DNA of 64,000 nt, taken from Heptranchias perlo. Its lineage: Eukaryota. Below, one piece after another: positions 11,069 to 23,519 of this stretch; position 1 is the first letter of the stretch, and each line of letters opens with the position of its first letter. The DNA lies in contig NC_090341.1 in assembly GCF_035084215.1 (NCBI RefSeq), positions 50,034,001 to 50,098,000 of the forward strand, given 5' to 3'. The position numbers and the translations under genes are program-made. The notes below the pieces were generated by a model. The model was not told the origin of the DNA. It was given only the letters and a program-made list of their open reading frames with translations, and ran no database searches.

Positions 11069-13059
11069 AGAAAGATTCATGGGGTCCAGCTCTCTCTACA
11101 CTCCTCCGTGGCTGTGTCTCTCCACTTTGACTCCATACCTCTGTGGCTCCCTTTGTCCAACAACAGCCCTACTTTCTTTCTGCTGTTCCATGATTATCCC
11201 TCTCTCTGCTTCTTCATAGCTACTTCTATTTGCTTTAGCCCCGTTCTCTTTCTGTCTCTCTGCTGCCTCTTTCTGTTTCGGCCTCACTTTCTTTTTGATC
11301 TTTCCGCTCTGGCCTTACGCTCTCTCCACTCTTACTTATCCATTCCTATGATAAAATGATATCTTAGTACTGAACAGAAGAAAAGGGAAGCAGACAGAAA
11401 AAATTAGAATGGTAGAGATGCACTCAATTCCAGAAAGAGGTACACTTTTATCCAGGAACAACACCATGGGAGATCAGCTAGTTCTATATATAACCCCCTG
11501 GACTCGATTCCAGGACGCAACTCATACATAGGTATGTTTTATTCTGTTTGGATTCCAGCCTGTAATTCTCTCCCAAGAATCCTTATTCTGTATATAAAAC
11601 AACCATTTGCCAAAATCATTATCGTTCCTGGCTGGTGGCTGCATTAATTTGGAAAGTGATGTGACAAAATGTGAGAGAAGATCATTTCTTATTCGAATAC
11701 CTTTAATCTCCTTGTGCGACAGGCTTTGTTATGCAGCACTTCTCCGATCTACTTACTGTGGCATTATCTTTGATTGAATCACGGAGGGATTGGTACCAGG
11801 TGATAGGGACTGTTGATGAAAACGAAGATGTGTTTTTTTTTAAACTAGTCTACTGATGGCAAGATGCAGCTTGAATTGCATAAAAACTCTTCGAGAAAGT
11901 GAACTGTGCACACGTGGAACATAAGGACGTTAAGTGGAAGACACTTAAAGTTGGACGGTGTGAATTCATCATGTGAGCAGTAAGGTTGAGCATAGTTGCA
12001 TCCTGGTTCTTCTAGACATGGTTAATACACCCACTGCTGCTTCATTGAGCTGGGGTGCACTTGTAATTTCTGATGAATACACTTGGCAAACAACCACACT
12101 GCGATATGAGAATCCACAAAGATTATCAATAGACTGGCTGAACCATTGGAAACTATGGTAACGGGCTATCTTGCTTAGTTATTCTCCCTCTACCTGGCTT
12201 CATTCAGCTGGATCAGGATGCATAGTAGAACCCCAGGCTTTGGCCTAACGTGAATTTACTGAGATGATATTTGAAACTGGCTGTGCTGCGACATGTTTAC
12301 GTGGTAACGAGCCGTGTGAGACACTTTGTCACGTTTTATTCGCGGAGACGGGTGCAGTGATTCAAATAAGCACTTGTATTTCAAAAATCTATATTTAAAA
12401 CATTTTCTTCCTCATCCCTTTCCAAGTTATAAAATGCCAATCTGTCCAGATTTATATTCTTGAGGCCTGCACTCACCCAAAGCGGCTCCTTTGATTGCTG
12501 GGCCAGGATAATGAGCCTCTTTGCCACCAACAAGGCTGACAGAATCTTTCTGCATAGCGAATAATCCCAATAAGTGTATTTTAGGGTCATTATCAATGGC
12601 TGCTTCATCTCCCTTGGCTCGTTCCTACTTACTTCTACCACCCAAAAAGGGGTTTAGGGCTGAGCCATTGTATGTGAAGGGAGGTATTCTAAGTCACATT
12701 GCCAACCTCTACCCTTCAGTGATTGGCCATTTCTGTGAAGAGTATAATAGAATCTGTGAGGGAGATCTTCAAATGGATTAATCTCATCTGCTCAAGGTTA
12801 ACTGTACACTTGACTAAATTGTAGACAATTGGAGTGCAAGGTTCAAGTCTTTCTCAACTCCTTTTCCTCATACAAATGGCTTGAGGGCAGTTTGCCTAAG
12901 CAGAATATGTCTCTTCTGAACTGAAACCTGCGTATTTTATTGTCTGCTGTACTGCATTAGTGTAGCTCGGGTGTAACAAGGAACTCTGATCATTGCTTAC
13001 AGGAGAGAAGCTCGCTGCATCCCTGTCAATCCAGATGATGGAATTACTATCACACCGCT

Positions 13060-13390
13060 AGGAAGAACTCACATTTTTATCATGCCGTATCACATTCTCG
13101 AGATGTCCGAAAGCATTTTGCAGCAATCAGTTACTTTTGAAGGGCATTCACTGCTATCCTGTAGGTAAACATGGTAGCCAATGTGTGCACAGCAAGCTCC
13201 CGCAAACAGCAAATGAATCATTAACTAGGTGAGCTGTTTTAGTGATGTTGGTTGAGGGATAAATGTTGGCCAGGACACTGGGCGAACTCCCTGTTCTTCT
13301 TTGGATAGTGCCGTGGGGTCTTTTATGTCCACCTGAGTAGACAGACAGGCCATGGATCAACAACTCAGCTGAAAGACGGCATCTCTGACC
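13060..13390 (-). mobile_element. DeuSINE, 5'-truncated and diverged
   Basis: gttttagtgatgttggttgagggataaatgttggccaggacac core. Confidence 0.85.
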
Positions 13391-14055
13391 ATGTTTTCAA
13401 ATGGCTCCAAGACTTTGCCCATCCCTATCTCTCCTACCTCCTCCTCCAACAACAACAACAGCAACAACTCGCATTTATATAGCATCTTTAACGGAGTAAA
13501 ACACCCCATGGCGCTTCACGGGAACATTATCAAACAAAATTTGACACTGAGCCACATAAGGAGATATTAGGTCAGGTGACCAAAAGCTTGGTCAAAGAGT
13601 TAGGTTTTAAGGAGCGTCTTAAAGGAGGAGAGAGAGTTGGAGGGGCAGGGAGGTTTAGAGAGGGAATTCCAGAGCTTAGGGCCTAGGCAGCTGAAGGCAC
13701 GGCCACCAATGGTGGAGGAGGTTCCACTCTATAACCTTCCGAGGTCTCTGCGCTCCTCCAATTCTGGCCTCTTGCGCATCCCCGATTTTAATCGCTCCAC
13801 CATTGGCGGCCATGCCTTCAGCAGCCTAGGCCCTAAGCTCTGGAATTCCCTCCCTAAACCTCTCTGCATCTCTACCTCTCTCTTCTCCTTTAAGATGCTC
13901 CTTAAAACCTACCTCTTTGACCAAGCTTTTGGTCGCCTGTCCGAATATCTCCTTATGTGGCTCGATGTCAAATTTTGTCTGATAACGCTCCTGTGAAACG
14001 CCTTGGGACATTTTACTACGATGAAGGTGCTGTATAAATACAAGTTGTCGTTGTG
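13390..14055. mobile_element. L2 LINE 3' fragment (+) interrupted by an inverted L2 3' fragment (-, ~13448-13717)
   Basis: ORF 13637-13996 contains the L2 C-terminal text LRSSNSGLLRIP...GGHAFSSLGPKLWNSLP...FKMLLKTYLF. Both tails end tataaatrcragttgtyg. Confidence 0.88.
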
Positions 14056-14084
14056 AAAACGGATACAAAGTACACGTTAAACAA

Positions 14085-14510
14085 GACTGACATTTTCTTT
14101 TTATCCATTATAGTCTCACCTGCATCGGTCTTTAATGGGCCCACATTTCCCTTTGCCACTCTCTATCTCTTAATATATTGATAAAAACCTTTGCTGTTAG
14201 CTTCGATTTCCCTTGCAGGTTTTTTTCATATTCCCTTTCTGCATCTCTTATTACTTTCTTTGTATCCCTTTGTTGCTTTTCATAGCTCTTCCAGGCCGCT
14301 GCAATTATACTTTTCCTTGCATTTGTGTAAACCTTTTCTTCTAGCCTAATACTGTCCCTTACCTCACCTGTTGACCATGTTGGATTAATTACACAAGTGA
14401 AGCCTTTGCCTTTTACTGGTTTTGTATCGTATCAAATACTTATTTGAATACTTCCCACTGTTTGTAGGTTTATCCATTGATCGTTTAGTCTGGTTTACTG
14501 ATCTCAATTG
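14085..14510 (-). mobile_element. Old CR1 ORF2 internal fragment
   Basis: T-rich segment resembling the minus-strand CR1 at 42180-42500 (lysine-rich linker between endonuclease and RT). Confidence 0.5.
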
Positions 14511-14805
14511 ATGTGAAAGCAAGCTTTTTTAAAGAAATCAGATGAACAGAATGTTAAGACTCTTAACACCGTAGTGAACATTTGGATAATGATCTATGAC
14601 TGTTGAATTCCCCCAGTTTTGGCTGCCACACGTAACAGCTTGTTTATCTTAACACTTGACAATAATTGGAAAGTATATTTCGGTCTTCCCTGTCACACTG
14701 ACGGGAGCACGGGAAGCATGGAAAAAAATCCCTTGATATGCTAATCAAAGAGAAACATAAATTGTCTGGGGTCCAAACATCATAGTACTGGTGGATTATC
14801 TATTG

Positions 14806-15268
14806 AAAGAAAGAAAGAAATTGCATTTATATAGTAACTTTCATGATCTCAGGATGTCCAAAAGCGCTTCACAGCCAATGAAGTAATTTTGAAGTGTAGT
14901 CACTGTTGTAATGTAGGAAACATGGCAGCCAATTTGCGTACAACAAGCTCCCACAAAGAACAATGTGATAATGATCAGATAATCTGTTTTAATGATGTCG
15001 CTTGAGGGATAAATATTGGCCAGGACACCGGGAAAAACTCCTCTGCTCTTCTTCGAATAGTGCCATGGAATCTTTTGCGTCCACCTGAGAGGGCAGACGG
15101 AGCATCTGTTTAACGTCTCATCCAAAAGACAGCACCTCCAACAGTGCAGTTCTCCCTCAGTACTGCACTGAAGTGGTAGCCTAGATTTTGTGCTCAAGTC
15201 TCTGCAGTGCGGTTTGAACCTATAACCTTCTGATCCGAAAGTGCTACCAACTGAGCCACAGTTGACAC
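14806..15268 (-). mobile_element. Full-length DeuSINE
   Basis: Tail (gaaa)n at left, core, and head ending ...actgagccacag. Confidence 0.92.
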
Positions 15269-15924
15269 CTAAATAAACTATTGGTCCTAGCTTATAGGGC
15301 TTAACAATATACCATTGTTTTGTATATACTCAGAGTTTTGTACCCGAGAATTATCTCTGGGAAATCATTTTTAACTTAATGAAGGAGCAGTCTTCATTTC
15401 AAAAGAAATCATCCTTGCTAATTAAAATTCTATAAAATCAAAAGTTAAACAATTCCTAGTTGTCACATTGAGCCCAATCCCAAGTGCCTTCTCCCAGAGC
15501 TTTTGGGCTTTGTTTGGTGGTACTGTCTCCCACCTTGTTGAATGCCCTGCTAGCTTTGGCCATAATATCATGTTTGTTGGTTTTTTGCCAGACACAGGTC
15601 TCCAGGTCAGAGGGAGCTTGCCTCGTAAAATCTTAAGTCGACACCACTGCTTCTTAACACAAACAGAATGAATAATTGAATGCTGTTGATGATTACCTCA
15701 CAGGAAGTCTGCATTAAACTGCTGGTTGACAACCTAATGCTGATCAACCATTCTTTGACCTGATTAGAACTGCTGAATGTAATTATAAATTAATTAATAG
15801 TTGATGGGCTTTAGTGAGCAATTTTCTTTTGATTGTGTTAGCCAGATTCAGACAGAAGCCATAAATTAGATAGCATATCAGCGATTTGTGGCAGCTAGTA
15901 TAGTGATAAAGTCACTGTTTTGAA

Positions 15925-16045
15925 AAGCAAACTGCTGTACAATTGGGAGTAAAAGCAGTTAGAATTAAATTACACAATGGGCCCATCTGAAAAGGGAGAA
16001 GACAGGTTAATGTTTTGGGTTTAGTCCCTTCACAAGGACTGGAAA
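15925..16045 (-). mobile_element. Decayed Penelope-like pseudo-LTR with degenerate hammerhead
   Basis: Minus strand cagtc-CTTGTGA-aggg..ccc-AAAA-cattaac has the CTGATGA..GAAA layout with mutated core. Confidence 0.4.
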
Positions 16046-16629
16046 ATAAGTGAATCCCCTAAATGGACTGAACAAAATGGGGATGAATGGGGAGGTGAGC
16101 AACAGGCAGAAGTCCAGAGGCAGGAATATGCACACCTGGCACGGAAAGGAGTTAATGGGTTGACTGCCCAGCAAACTGGGTTTCTGAAAAGCTGGAAAAG
16201 TGAAAACTGGCAGATGATATACAAAAGATATCTCAGTGAAACAATGAAAAGGCTTTGAAAGAAATAAGTCATGTGAAAATAGGCAGGTAATGTGGTGAAA
16301 AGGCATGTGGGCATGCAAGTGCACAAGTTCTGCATGTGATGGAGAACCTTTCTTGCCCAGCATTGTGGGGCAACCTTGGGGCAGCACGAGGAGTTTGAAT
16401 CCCACGCTAATTTTTGGCAGCAACACTGGCAAGTGGACGCCACAAAGAAAATGCGGACCGCCAGTGTCAAATCCTGATGGTTTGTCGTTTCTGCAGGAGC
16501 TCATTCTTCAGGGGTTAGTCTCAGTGCACGCACCAGCCAAAGCGAGAATTTTCAGTTGAGCTACCTAGTGGCATGCTTTACTTGTGCCAGTAGGCTACAT
16601 CGTATAAGCATGGGCTTTAGTATCTAGTT

Positions 16630-17150
16630 AGACTCATTCCCCCAAAAAGCTCTGGATGCTGGGTCAATTGAAATTTTCAAGACTGAGATCGTTAGATTTT
16701 TGTTGGGTAAAGATAGCGAGGTGATATGGATCAAAGGCAAGTAAATGGTATTTGATAGAGTAGACAAGGAGAAACTGTTTCCACTGGCAGGAGGGTCGGT
16801 AGCCAGAGTACACACTTTTGAGATAATTGGCAAAAGAACCAGGGGGGAGATGAAGAGAATTTTTTTTACATAGCGAGTTATGATTTGGAATGCACTACCT
16901 GAAAGGGCAGTGGAAGCAGATTCAATAGTAACTTTCAAAAGGCAATTGGATATATACTTGAACAGGAAAAAATTGCAGGGCTTCGGGGAAAGAACAGTGG
17001 AGTCGGACTAATTGGATAGCTCTTTCAAAGAGCTGGCACAGGCACAATGGGCTGAGTGGCCTCCTTCTGTATTGTAAGATTCTATGTGTTGAGGTACAGA
17101 TCAGCCACAATCTAACTGAATGGCGGAACAGGCTCGAAGGGTTGAATAGG
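16630..17150 (+). mobile_element. Two nested CR1 3' fragments
   Basis: The inner copy (~16748-17086) encodes RVDKEKLFPLA..WNALPERAVEADSI and ends attctatg. It splits another CR1 tail that resumes at ~17087. Confidence 0.85.
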
Positions 17151-17661
17151 ATGAGTATGCTATTTTTCTATGGCCTCCAGCATAGCATGTCATTGAAAAT
17201 ATTTATGCCGCAGCTAGTGATACACAATGTGTGATAGAAGTCGATTCCTAAAAGCTGCCGGTTACCCAATAGGTCATGAATTGCCAATATCCCACCAGGA
17301 GTTAGATTGTGCCAACATTGATCAAACTGGCACTAAATCTGTGGCATCTGTTCTCAATAGGAACAAAGCAATTAACCACTCTGGGTGTGAATGAGACAAC
17401 AGCTGAGCCATTGCTACAAGTTAGGTATCGGTGACTTGATCTATTCAACAGCAGTGCTCGCAAGTGGAGATCATAGAGGGAACTTTGCCAGCAGAATGAC
17501 TGCAATTAAGGCTTTTAGTCATTTTCTTACACTTGACCTGATTGCTGAGTGTCTGCACATTACCCAGTCCTGGTTTGTCGTTTTTTTTTGTCTGCTTCAT
17601 TCGCAACTTACGTTGCATCCACGCTACAAGTTGAACGTCGGTGCGATGCTGTTTCGGCAGA

Positions 17662-17692
17662 ATGTCTTTGAAATGGAGCAAGTTTACCTCTG
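17662..17692 (+). CDS. Candidate short first coding exon (MSLKWSKFTS, phase 1)
   Basis: ATG at 17662 in a CpG-containing non-repeat segment, followed by donor CTG|GTACGT. No homology recognised. Confidence 0.2.
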
Positions 17693-18556
17693 GTACGTGT
17701 TGGTAGTTCCCGATGATGTTTTACTGCCGCTCAGAGCTTGTGGCCCTGAATATACTCAATAGGCGTAAGTTGTTCGGCCGATGTGACATTTTCAAAACGT
17801 TCTGTGCTCTGTTTAGTTCGGCTACTCTGGGTTGCCGTGACGCCATTTTTCTGCTCGCCATTTTGTGTAAATGAGGTAAGTGGGGACTGTCACTTCCTGT
17901 TCATGCATAAAAGTCAAGTTAAAGAAGGCGGGGTTTGCACAGGAAGTGCCATTGACATCATCGGCCCACAATTCTTTGCATGAAAAGAAGCTACATAAGT
18001 GAGTACAGAGTTTTGACTGAAGGAGCCCGAGCCCGAGCCCATTGAAAGAAGTGACTTTATCAATGAAGGTTCACGTGCCTTTAAGCTTCAACTATTCCTC
18101 TGAATTTTGGGAGGTTTTATACTCCCCTGTGGTTGTTCAAGAACTCTAAAGTATGTCGGTGCTGGGCACCAGTCATAATCGCTGCAAAATAAATGACCTT
18201 GTTCACCTGAAGTTGCTGAATAAAGAAAATAAATTCATCTAAATGGAAGATTGTGTGTGTTTGACCTATGTTTCACTTTCCATAATGGCATTTCTGGAAG
18301 TGAGTTGTGTTTCGTCTGGTTATGGGTGAAATCATTTGCTGTTGTTACTCGTTACCTCAGGGCTTGACGATATAATTGATGTCTGGTTTAGGGTCAACTC
18401 TCATGTAAGGCTCTGTGGGTCTGTGTACAAAGTGGATATGTGACATTCTGAACACAGGGATAGTTTTAGGATGAGACACCATTTCATGACCAAAGAACAA
18501 GCCAAAAATTGTAGACAATTAAATTGAGAACATGCGCCACAGACTACTGAATCAAT

Positions 18557-18996
18557 AGAAAGAAAGACTTGCATTCGACCTCAGGACATCCCAAAGCGCT
18601 TTACAACCGGAGAAGCACTTTTGAAGTGTAGTCACTGTTGTTATGTAGGCAGTCAATTTGCGCAGAGCAAGATCCCACAAACTGCAATGAGATAAATGAC
18701 CAGATAACCTGTTTTAGTGATGTTGGTTGAGGGATAAATATCAGCCAGGAGATTGGGGCAAACTCCCCAGCTTTTCTTTGAATAGTACCATGGGATCTTT
18801 TACGTCTACCTGAGAGGCAGATGGGGCCCTGGTTTAATGTTTTATCCGAAAGATGGCACCTTCGACAGTGCAGCACTCCCTTAGTACTGCACTGGAGTAT
18901 CAGCCTGGATTTTCTGTTCATGTCTCTGCTGTGGGGCTTGAACCCACAACCTTCTGACTCAGAGGTGAGAATGCTTCCACTGAACCAAGGCTGGCA
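18557..18996 (-). mobile_element. DeuSINE
   Basis: Core plus tRNA head (cttgaacccacaaccttctgactcagagg). Confidence 0.92.
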
Positions 18997-20414
18997 GTTA
19001 ATGCATTAACTGACTGGGTGCGCCTGTAATGTGATTGATACCCTCAAATACTGAGGTGTGACAACGAAACTCTGCATATGAAATTTTCCACTGCTTGTTT
19101 ATTTTTGTATTTTGTTCTGATGTTTGGCTGTGGTTGTATCTCTTTCATTCATGTGTATCTGAGAGACAGGAAGAGCAGAGAAAGATTTAACGTAAAGGAG
19201 GGAAATCTTCAAACGACTGTACCAGCATTCAAATAAGGAGGGGAGTTTTGAATAATAAGTCCTGAATTTAGGCATGATCTATAAGCAAGAGCTCCTTAGT
19301 AACAATAAGCACTGTGGCAGAAATGTTTGTAGGAAGTAGGAAAGCTGCAAGTTATTTTAATATTTTGTTAAGTCTTAGACTTTTGATTTTCACTATCAAG
19401 ATCCATTTCCAATCAAATTGGAACAGTCGATATATTCGCTAATTGTCAGTAATGACCCTTGGATTGATTTGACTCTCTGAAAGGCCTTCTAATCTGTATT
19501 AATGTTGTACAGAACATTGTATTTTGTACTGCTAACCATGTGTGAAGCAAGGAAGGAATCGTAAGGCAGATTATTTAATACCAGCGACTTTTGATTTTCT
19601 GAGAAAATACCTATTTTCCAACAGTCAATACATGTAATGTGGACAATTCAATGAAATGGCTTGTGACGAACAAAAGTTATTATTTTTAATCTCACTTGGC
19701 TGATTCTCCTGCCTAATTTTTTTTGATATATATTAATGCCTTGGACGTGGGTGTACAGGGCACAATTTCAACATTTGCAGATGACACAAAACTTGGAAGT
19801 GTATTAAATAGTGAGGAGGATGGTAATAGACTTCAAGAGGACATAGACAGACTGGTGGAATGAGCAGAGACATGACAGATGAAATTTAACGCAGAGAAGT
19901 GTGAAGTGATACATTTTAGCAGGACGAACGAGGAGAGGCAATAAAAACTAAATGGTACAATTCTAAAGGGGGTGCAGGAACAGAGAGACCTGGGGGTGTA
20001 TGTGCACAAATCTTTGAAGGTGGCCGGACAGCTTGAGAAAGTGGTTAAAAAAGCATACCGGATCCTGGGCTTTATAAATAGAGGCATAGAGTACAAAAGC
20101 AAGGAAGTTATGTTGAACTTTTATAAAACACTGGTTCAGCCATAGCTGGAGTATTGGGCTCGATTTTACCAGGCCGGCGGGTTGGGTTTCGGGAGCGTGG
20201 TCAACACGCTCGGTGAAATTAGTGGGTTGCCCACGCGATCGTAGCAGGCAAACCACTAATTGGAGCCACTTACCTGCTCTCCCGGGCTCCGCGCTGCTGG
20301 TCTGCGCGTCGGGCGGGCTGCGCATGCGCAGTACGATCTGTCAGCTGGAGGCTCTCTAGTTAAAGGGGCAGTCCTCCACTGACAGATGCTGCAACCAATA
20401 GAACAAATTACAGC

Positions 20415-20660
20415 ATGGAGCAGCCCAGGGGGAAGGCTGCTCCCAGTTTAATGATGCCTCACCCCAGGTATCATCGGATGGGGTGAGGAGGAGGGGGAGG
20501 ACAGAGATCTTCCACCCGGCGGGCGGGAGGAAGCGGCCTGCCTCTGCCACCAAGAAGGCCTGGCTCGAGGTGGCAGAGGAGGTCACCTGCACACCAACAT
20601 ATCGCCCACCTGCATACAGTGCAGGAGGCGCTCCAATGACTGCAGTAGGTCAGCCACAGT
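20415..20660 (+). pseudogene. Harbinger Myb/SANT-like DNA-binding protein remnant
   Basis: Frameshifted MEQPRGKAAP.FNDAS...DGVRRR...ATKKAWLEVAEEVT...QCRRR.ND, typical of Harbinger Myb-like ORFs. Confidence 0.8.
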
Positions 20661-21149
20661 GAGAACACGTAGTCTTTCCCCTACACTCCGTCTGCCGCAA
20701 CACTGCCCCCACCCCACATCTCCTTCGGCACCGCCAACACTACTCTGTCACATCACCCCTCATACCCAATAAATCCCATCCTCATCTTACCTGCACCTAC
20801 TCACCTCGCGAGTACTCACCCCGCCACTAACACGCAACCCAATCCTCATATAATCTCATGGCTCTATCCCATACTCACCCTCTCGTGCATCTCCCTCACG
20901 GCCAGCCTCACTCAACCTGCCACCACCTGTACTGCAGCCACAGGGCATGCATCACATATGTGCAGTAGGCAGCATAAGGCAAACGTGTCGTGAGCATGAA
21001 GGGGATGCACAAGGGTGTTTGAGGGTTTGTCATGGGTGTTACCTATATTGAATTTCAGAACAACTCACATCACATATTATATTGGCACCACCACTGCCAT
21101 GTCTCCGCAAATCCTGTCTGTTTTGTGCAATAATGCCTGCTCCTGGGTA

Positions 21150-21660
21150 TCACAATGAGGACCCACCACTGATGCCACCCGTTGTGTTACTGCAGAGTAG
21201 GTGCAGGTGTATTTGCAGGGCTCTTCCGCGCAGACGACTGAGAGACATTGGCGGTGTACCCGGCTGCACCCTGGAAAGATGCGGTGGAGAAGTTGTGCAG
21301 TGGTGACTTTGGCAGCGACAGGTAAGCAGATGGTGCTGGGGCCAGCCAGGAGCAGCTCGGCATGAAAGAGGCTGCAGATGTCCACGACTACATGTCGAGT
21401 GAATCTGAGCCTCCGTGTGCACTGCTGCTCGGAGAGGTCCGGGGAGCTGCGCCTCGGTCTGTGGACCCTGTGGCGAGGGTAGTTCCCTCTGCGACGCGTC
21501 TCTCTCTGCGGTTGCCCTCCCTCCTGCTGTGCAGGTGGATGTGTCACAGCACTGTGTTGTGGAGCTCCACGTGTCAGAGGTGGACGGCGTGGATGGCGAG
21601 GCTGGTGATGCTGTTCGCCCTCCGAGGGGGTCATGACTGCAGCTACGACGGCCCCCATCC
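21150..21660 (-). pseudogene. Harbinger transposase N-terminal remnant (HARBI1-like)
   Basis: YPRHRVHRPRRSSPDLSEQQCTRRLRFTRHVVVDICSL...LPVAAKVTTA; the DDE core is absent. Confidence 0.85.
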
Positions 21661-22956
21661 GCAATATGTACATCTGAGGGGGTCCGCAAGGTAGGTACAT
21701 GTCTCTGGACCCCGGGGTAAGTGTGCAAGTTGGTGACTTTGACCGTCAGGAGGGGGGTGGTGGAGGCCACACTTTGTCCCAAGTGACAGAGCGGCCTCCT
21801 GCAATGAGTGAGGGTCTCCCCACCCCCCCTCCCCCCCCACCCCCCCACCCCCCACCTGTCAAATGGACCTTTGCAGCTGCCACAGGCTGACGGCTGCAAC
21901 ACGTCCAGTTCAACTGGGACTGTTTCCCCCAGTGTGTGAAACAGTCCCATGTTTCTCCAAAATCACACACAGTCCCTCAATCAGGTCAGTTAATGACCTG
22001 AACAAGCAAAATAAATACACTCAAGTGGCATCCCGCTGGCTTTAATTGCCTGCGGGATTCCCACCAGCGGGGGCTACGCACGCACCCCCGCACGTCATCG
22101 GGGAACCCGGAAGTGGGCGGGATCGTGGCGCAATCTGGTCACGTGCCTGGATATCGGGATTTTCGGGGCCCCCCCTGCTGGAAACGCACAGGAAACCCGC
22201 CGGTAAAATCGAGCCCATTGTGTCCAATTCTGGGCATCGCACTTTAGGAAGGATGTGAAGGCCTTAGAGAGGGTACAGAAAAGATTTACTGGAATGATTC
22301 CAGGGATGAGGGACTTTAGTTATATGGATAGACTGGAGAAGCTGGGGTTGTTCTCCTTAGAGCAGAGAAGGCTAAGAAGTGTTCAAAATCATGAAGGGTT
22401 TAGATAAAGTAAATAAAGAGAAACTGTTCCCATTGACGTAAGAGACTAGAACTAGAGGACACAGATTTAAGGTGATTGGCTGAAGAACCAAAGGTGACAT
22501 GAGGAAAAACTTTTTGATGCAGCGAGTAGTTATGATCTGGAATGCGCTGCCCTCGTGTCTTTCAAAAAGGAATTGGATAAATACTTGAAAGGAAAAAGTT
22601 TGCAGGGCTGCGGGGAAAGAGCGGGGGAACGGGACTACCTGGATTGTTCTAACAAAGAGCTGGCATGGGCTCGATGGGCCGAATGGCCGCCTCCTGTGCT
22701 GTAACCATTCTATGATTCTATAATTGGGGGAGAGAGACCATAGAGGAAGGAAAGGAAGCAAATAAAAACACAGTGGGGGTGGATTTGCATCTTTACCAGC
22801 TGGGTGTTGAGAATTGCCTGGTGGAGCACAGGAAGGAAACGGTTGTGGAGAGGATTGCAGGCCCTTGAGGAACCTGCCAGACTTTCCCTCCATTAACTCC
22901 GATGGAAGAAAAATCAGGTGGGTTCTGTTACTGGGGTACGTGGAAGTAATAATGAC

Positions 22957-23340
22957 ATAATCCAGGCTGATACTCCAGTACAGTACTGATGGAGTGCTGC
23001 ACTGTCGGAGGTGCTGTCTTTCGGATGCGACGTTAAAGCAAGGCCATGTCTGCCTTCTCAGATAGATGTAAAATATGCCAAGGCACTATTTTGAAGAAGA
23101 GCAGGGGAGTTCTCCTCAGTGTCCTGGCCAATATTTATCCCTCAACCAACAACACTAAATCAGATTACCTTGGCATTTATTTCATTGCTGTTTGTGGGAG
23201 CTTGCTGTGTGCAATTTTGGCTGTCGCGTTTCCTACATTACAACACTGACTACACTTCAAAGTTGGCTGCAAAGCATTTTTGGGACGTCCTGAGGTCGTG
23301 AAAGGGGCTATATAAATGTAAGTTATTTCTTTTCTTTTTC
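22957..23340 (+). mobile_element. DeuSINE, head truncated
   Basis: Core and tail match the family. Confidence 0.9.
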
Positions 23341-23519
23341 CCCCTGTGACTTCAGCCCCATTAATGAGTCCTCAGCTCGAAAAAGCAGTTACTTGGCTTT
23401 GCAATAAAATGTCAAAGTCTGAGAATGGTTTGATTCTGTTCAAATCAATAGTAGCTTTAAGTAAAATGCTTACTGGCCATTTTGAGCTAGTCAATGAGAT
23501 TCCCTTATAGGAGTGGGTA

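Larger units (their letters stand above)
20156..22216. mobile_element. PIF/Harbinger DNA transposon, internally deleted non-autonomous copy
   Basis: Perfect 15-bp TIRs GGGCTCGATTTTACC/GGTAAAATCGAGCCC, 3-bp TSD ATT (20153-20155 and 22217-22219), and remnants of both Harbinger ORFs. Confidence 0.93.
19725..22720 (+). mobile_element. CR1 LINE 3' part (RT to tail) interrupted by a Harbinger element
   Basis: FADDTKLG motif near 19775. The sequence ctggagtatt|gtgtccaattctgg is split at 20155/22217. Ends with the CR1 tail attctatgattcta. Confidence 0.92.

Noticed and set aside
14841-15197. Recurring 60-120 aa ORFs containing VLANIYPS
   Set aside because: Chance frames in DeuSINE copies; frame and length are not preserved between copies.
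21817-21856. C-rich tract (G-quadruplex potential on minus strand)
   Set aside because: A simple-sequence tract internal to the Harbinger element, with no independent evidence of function.
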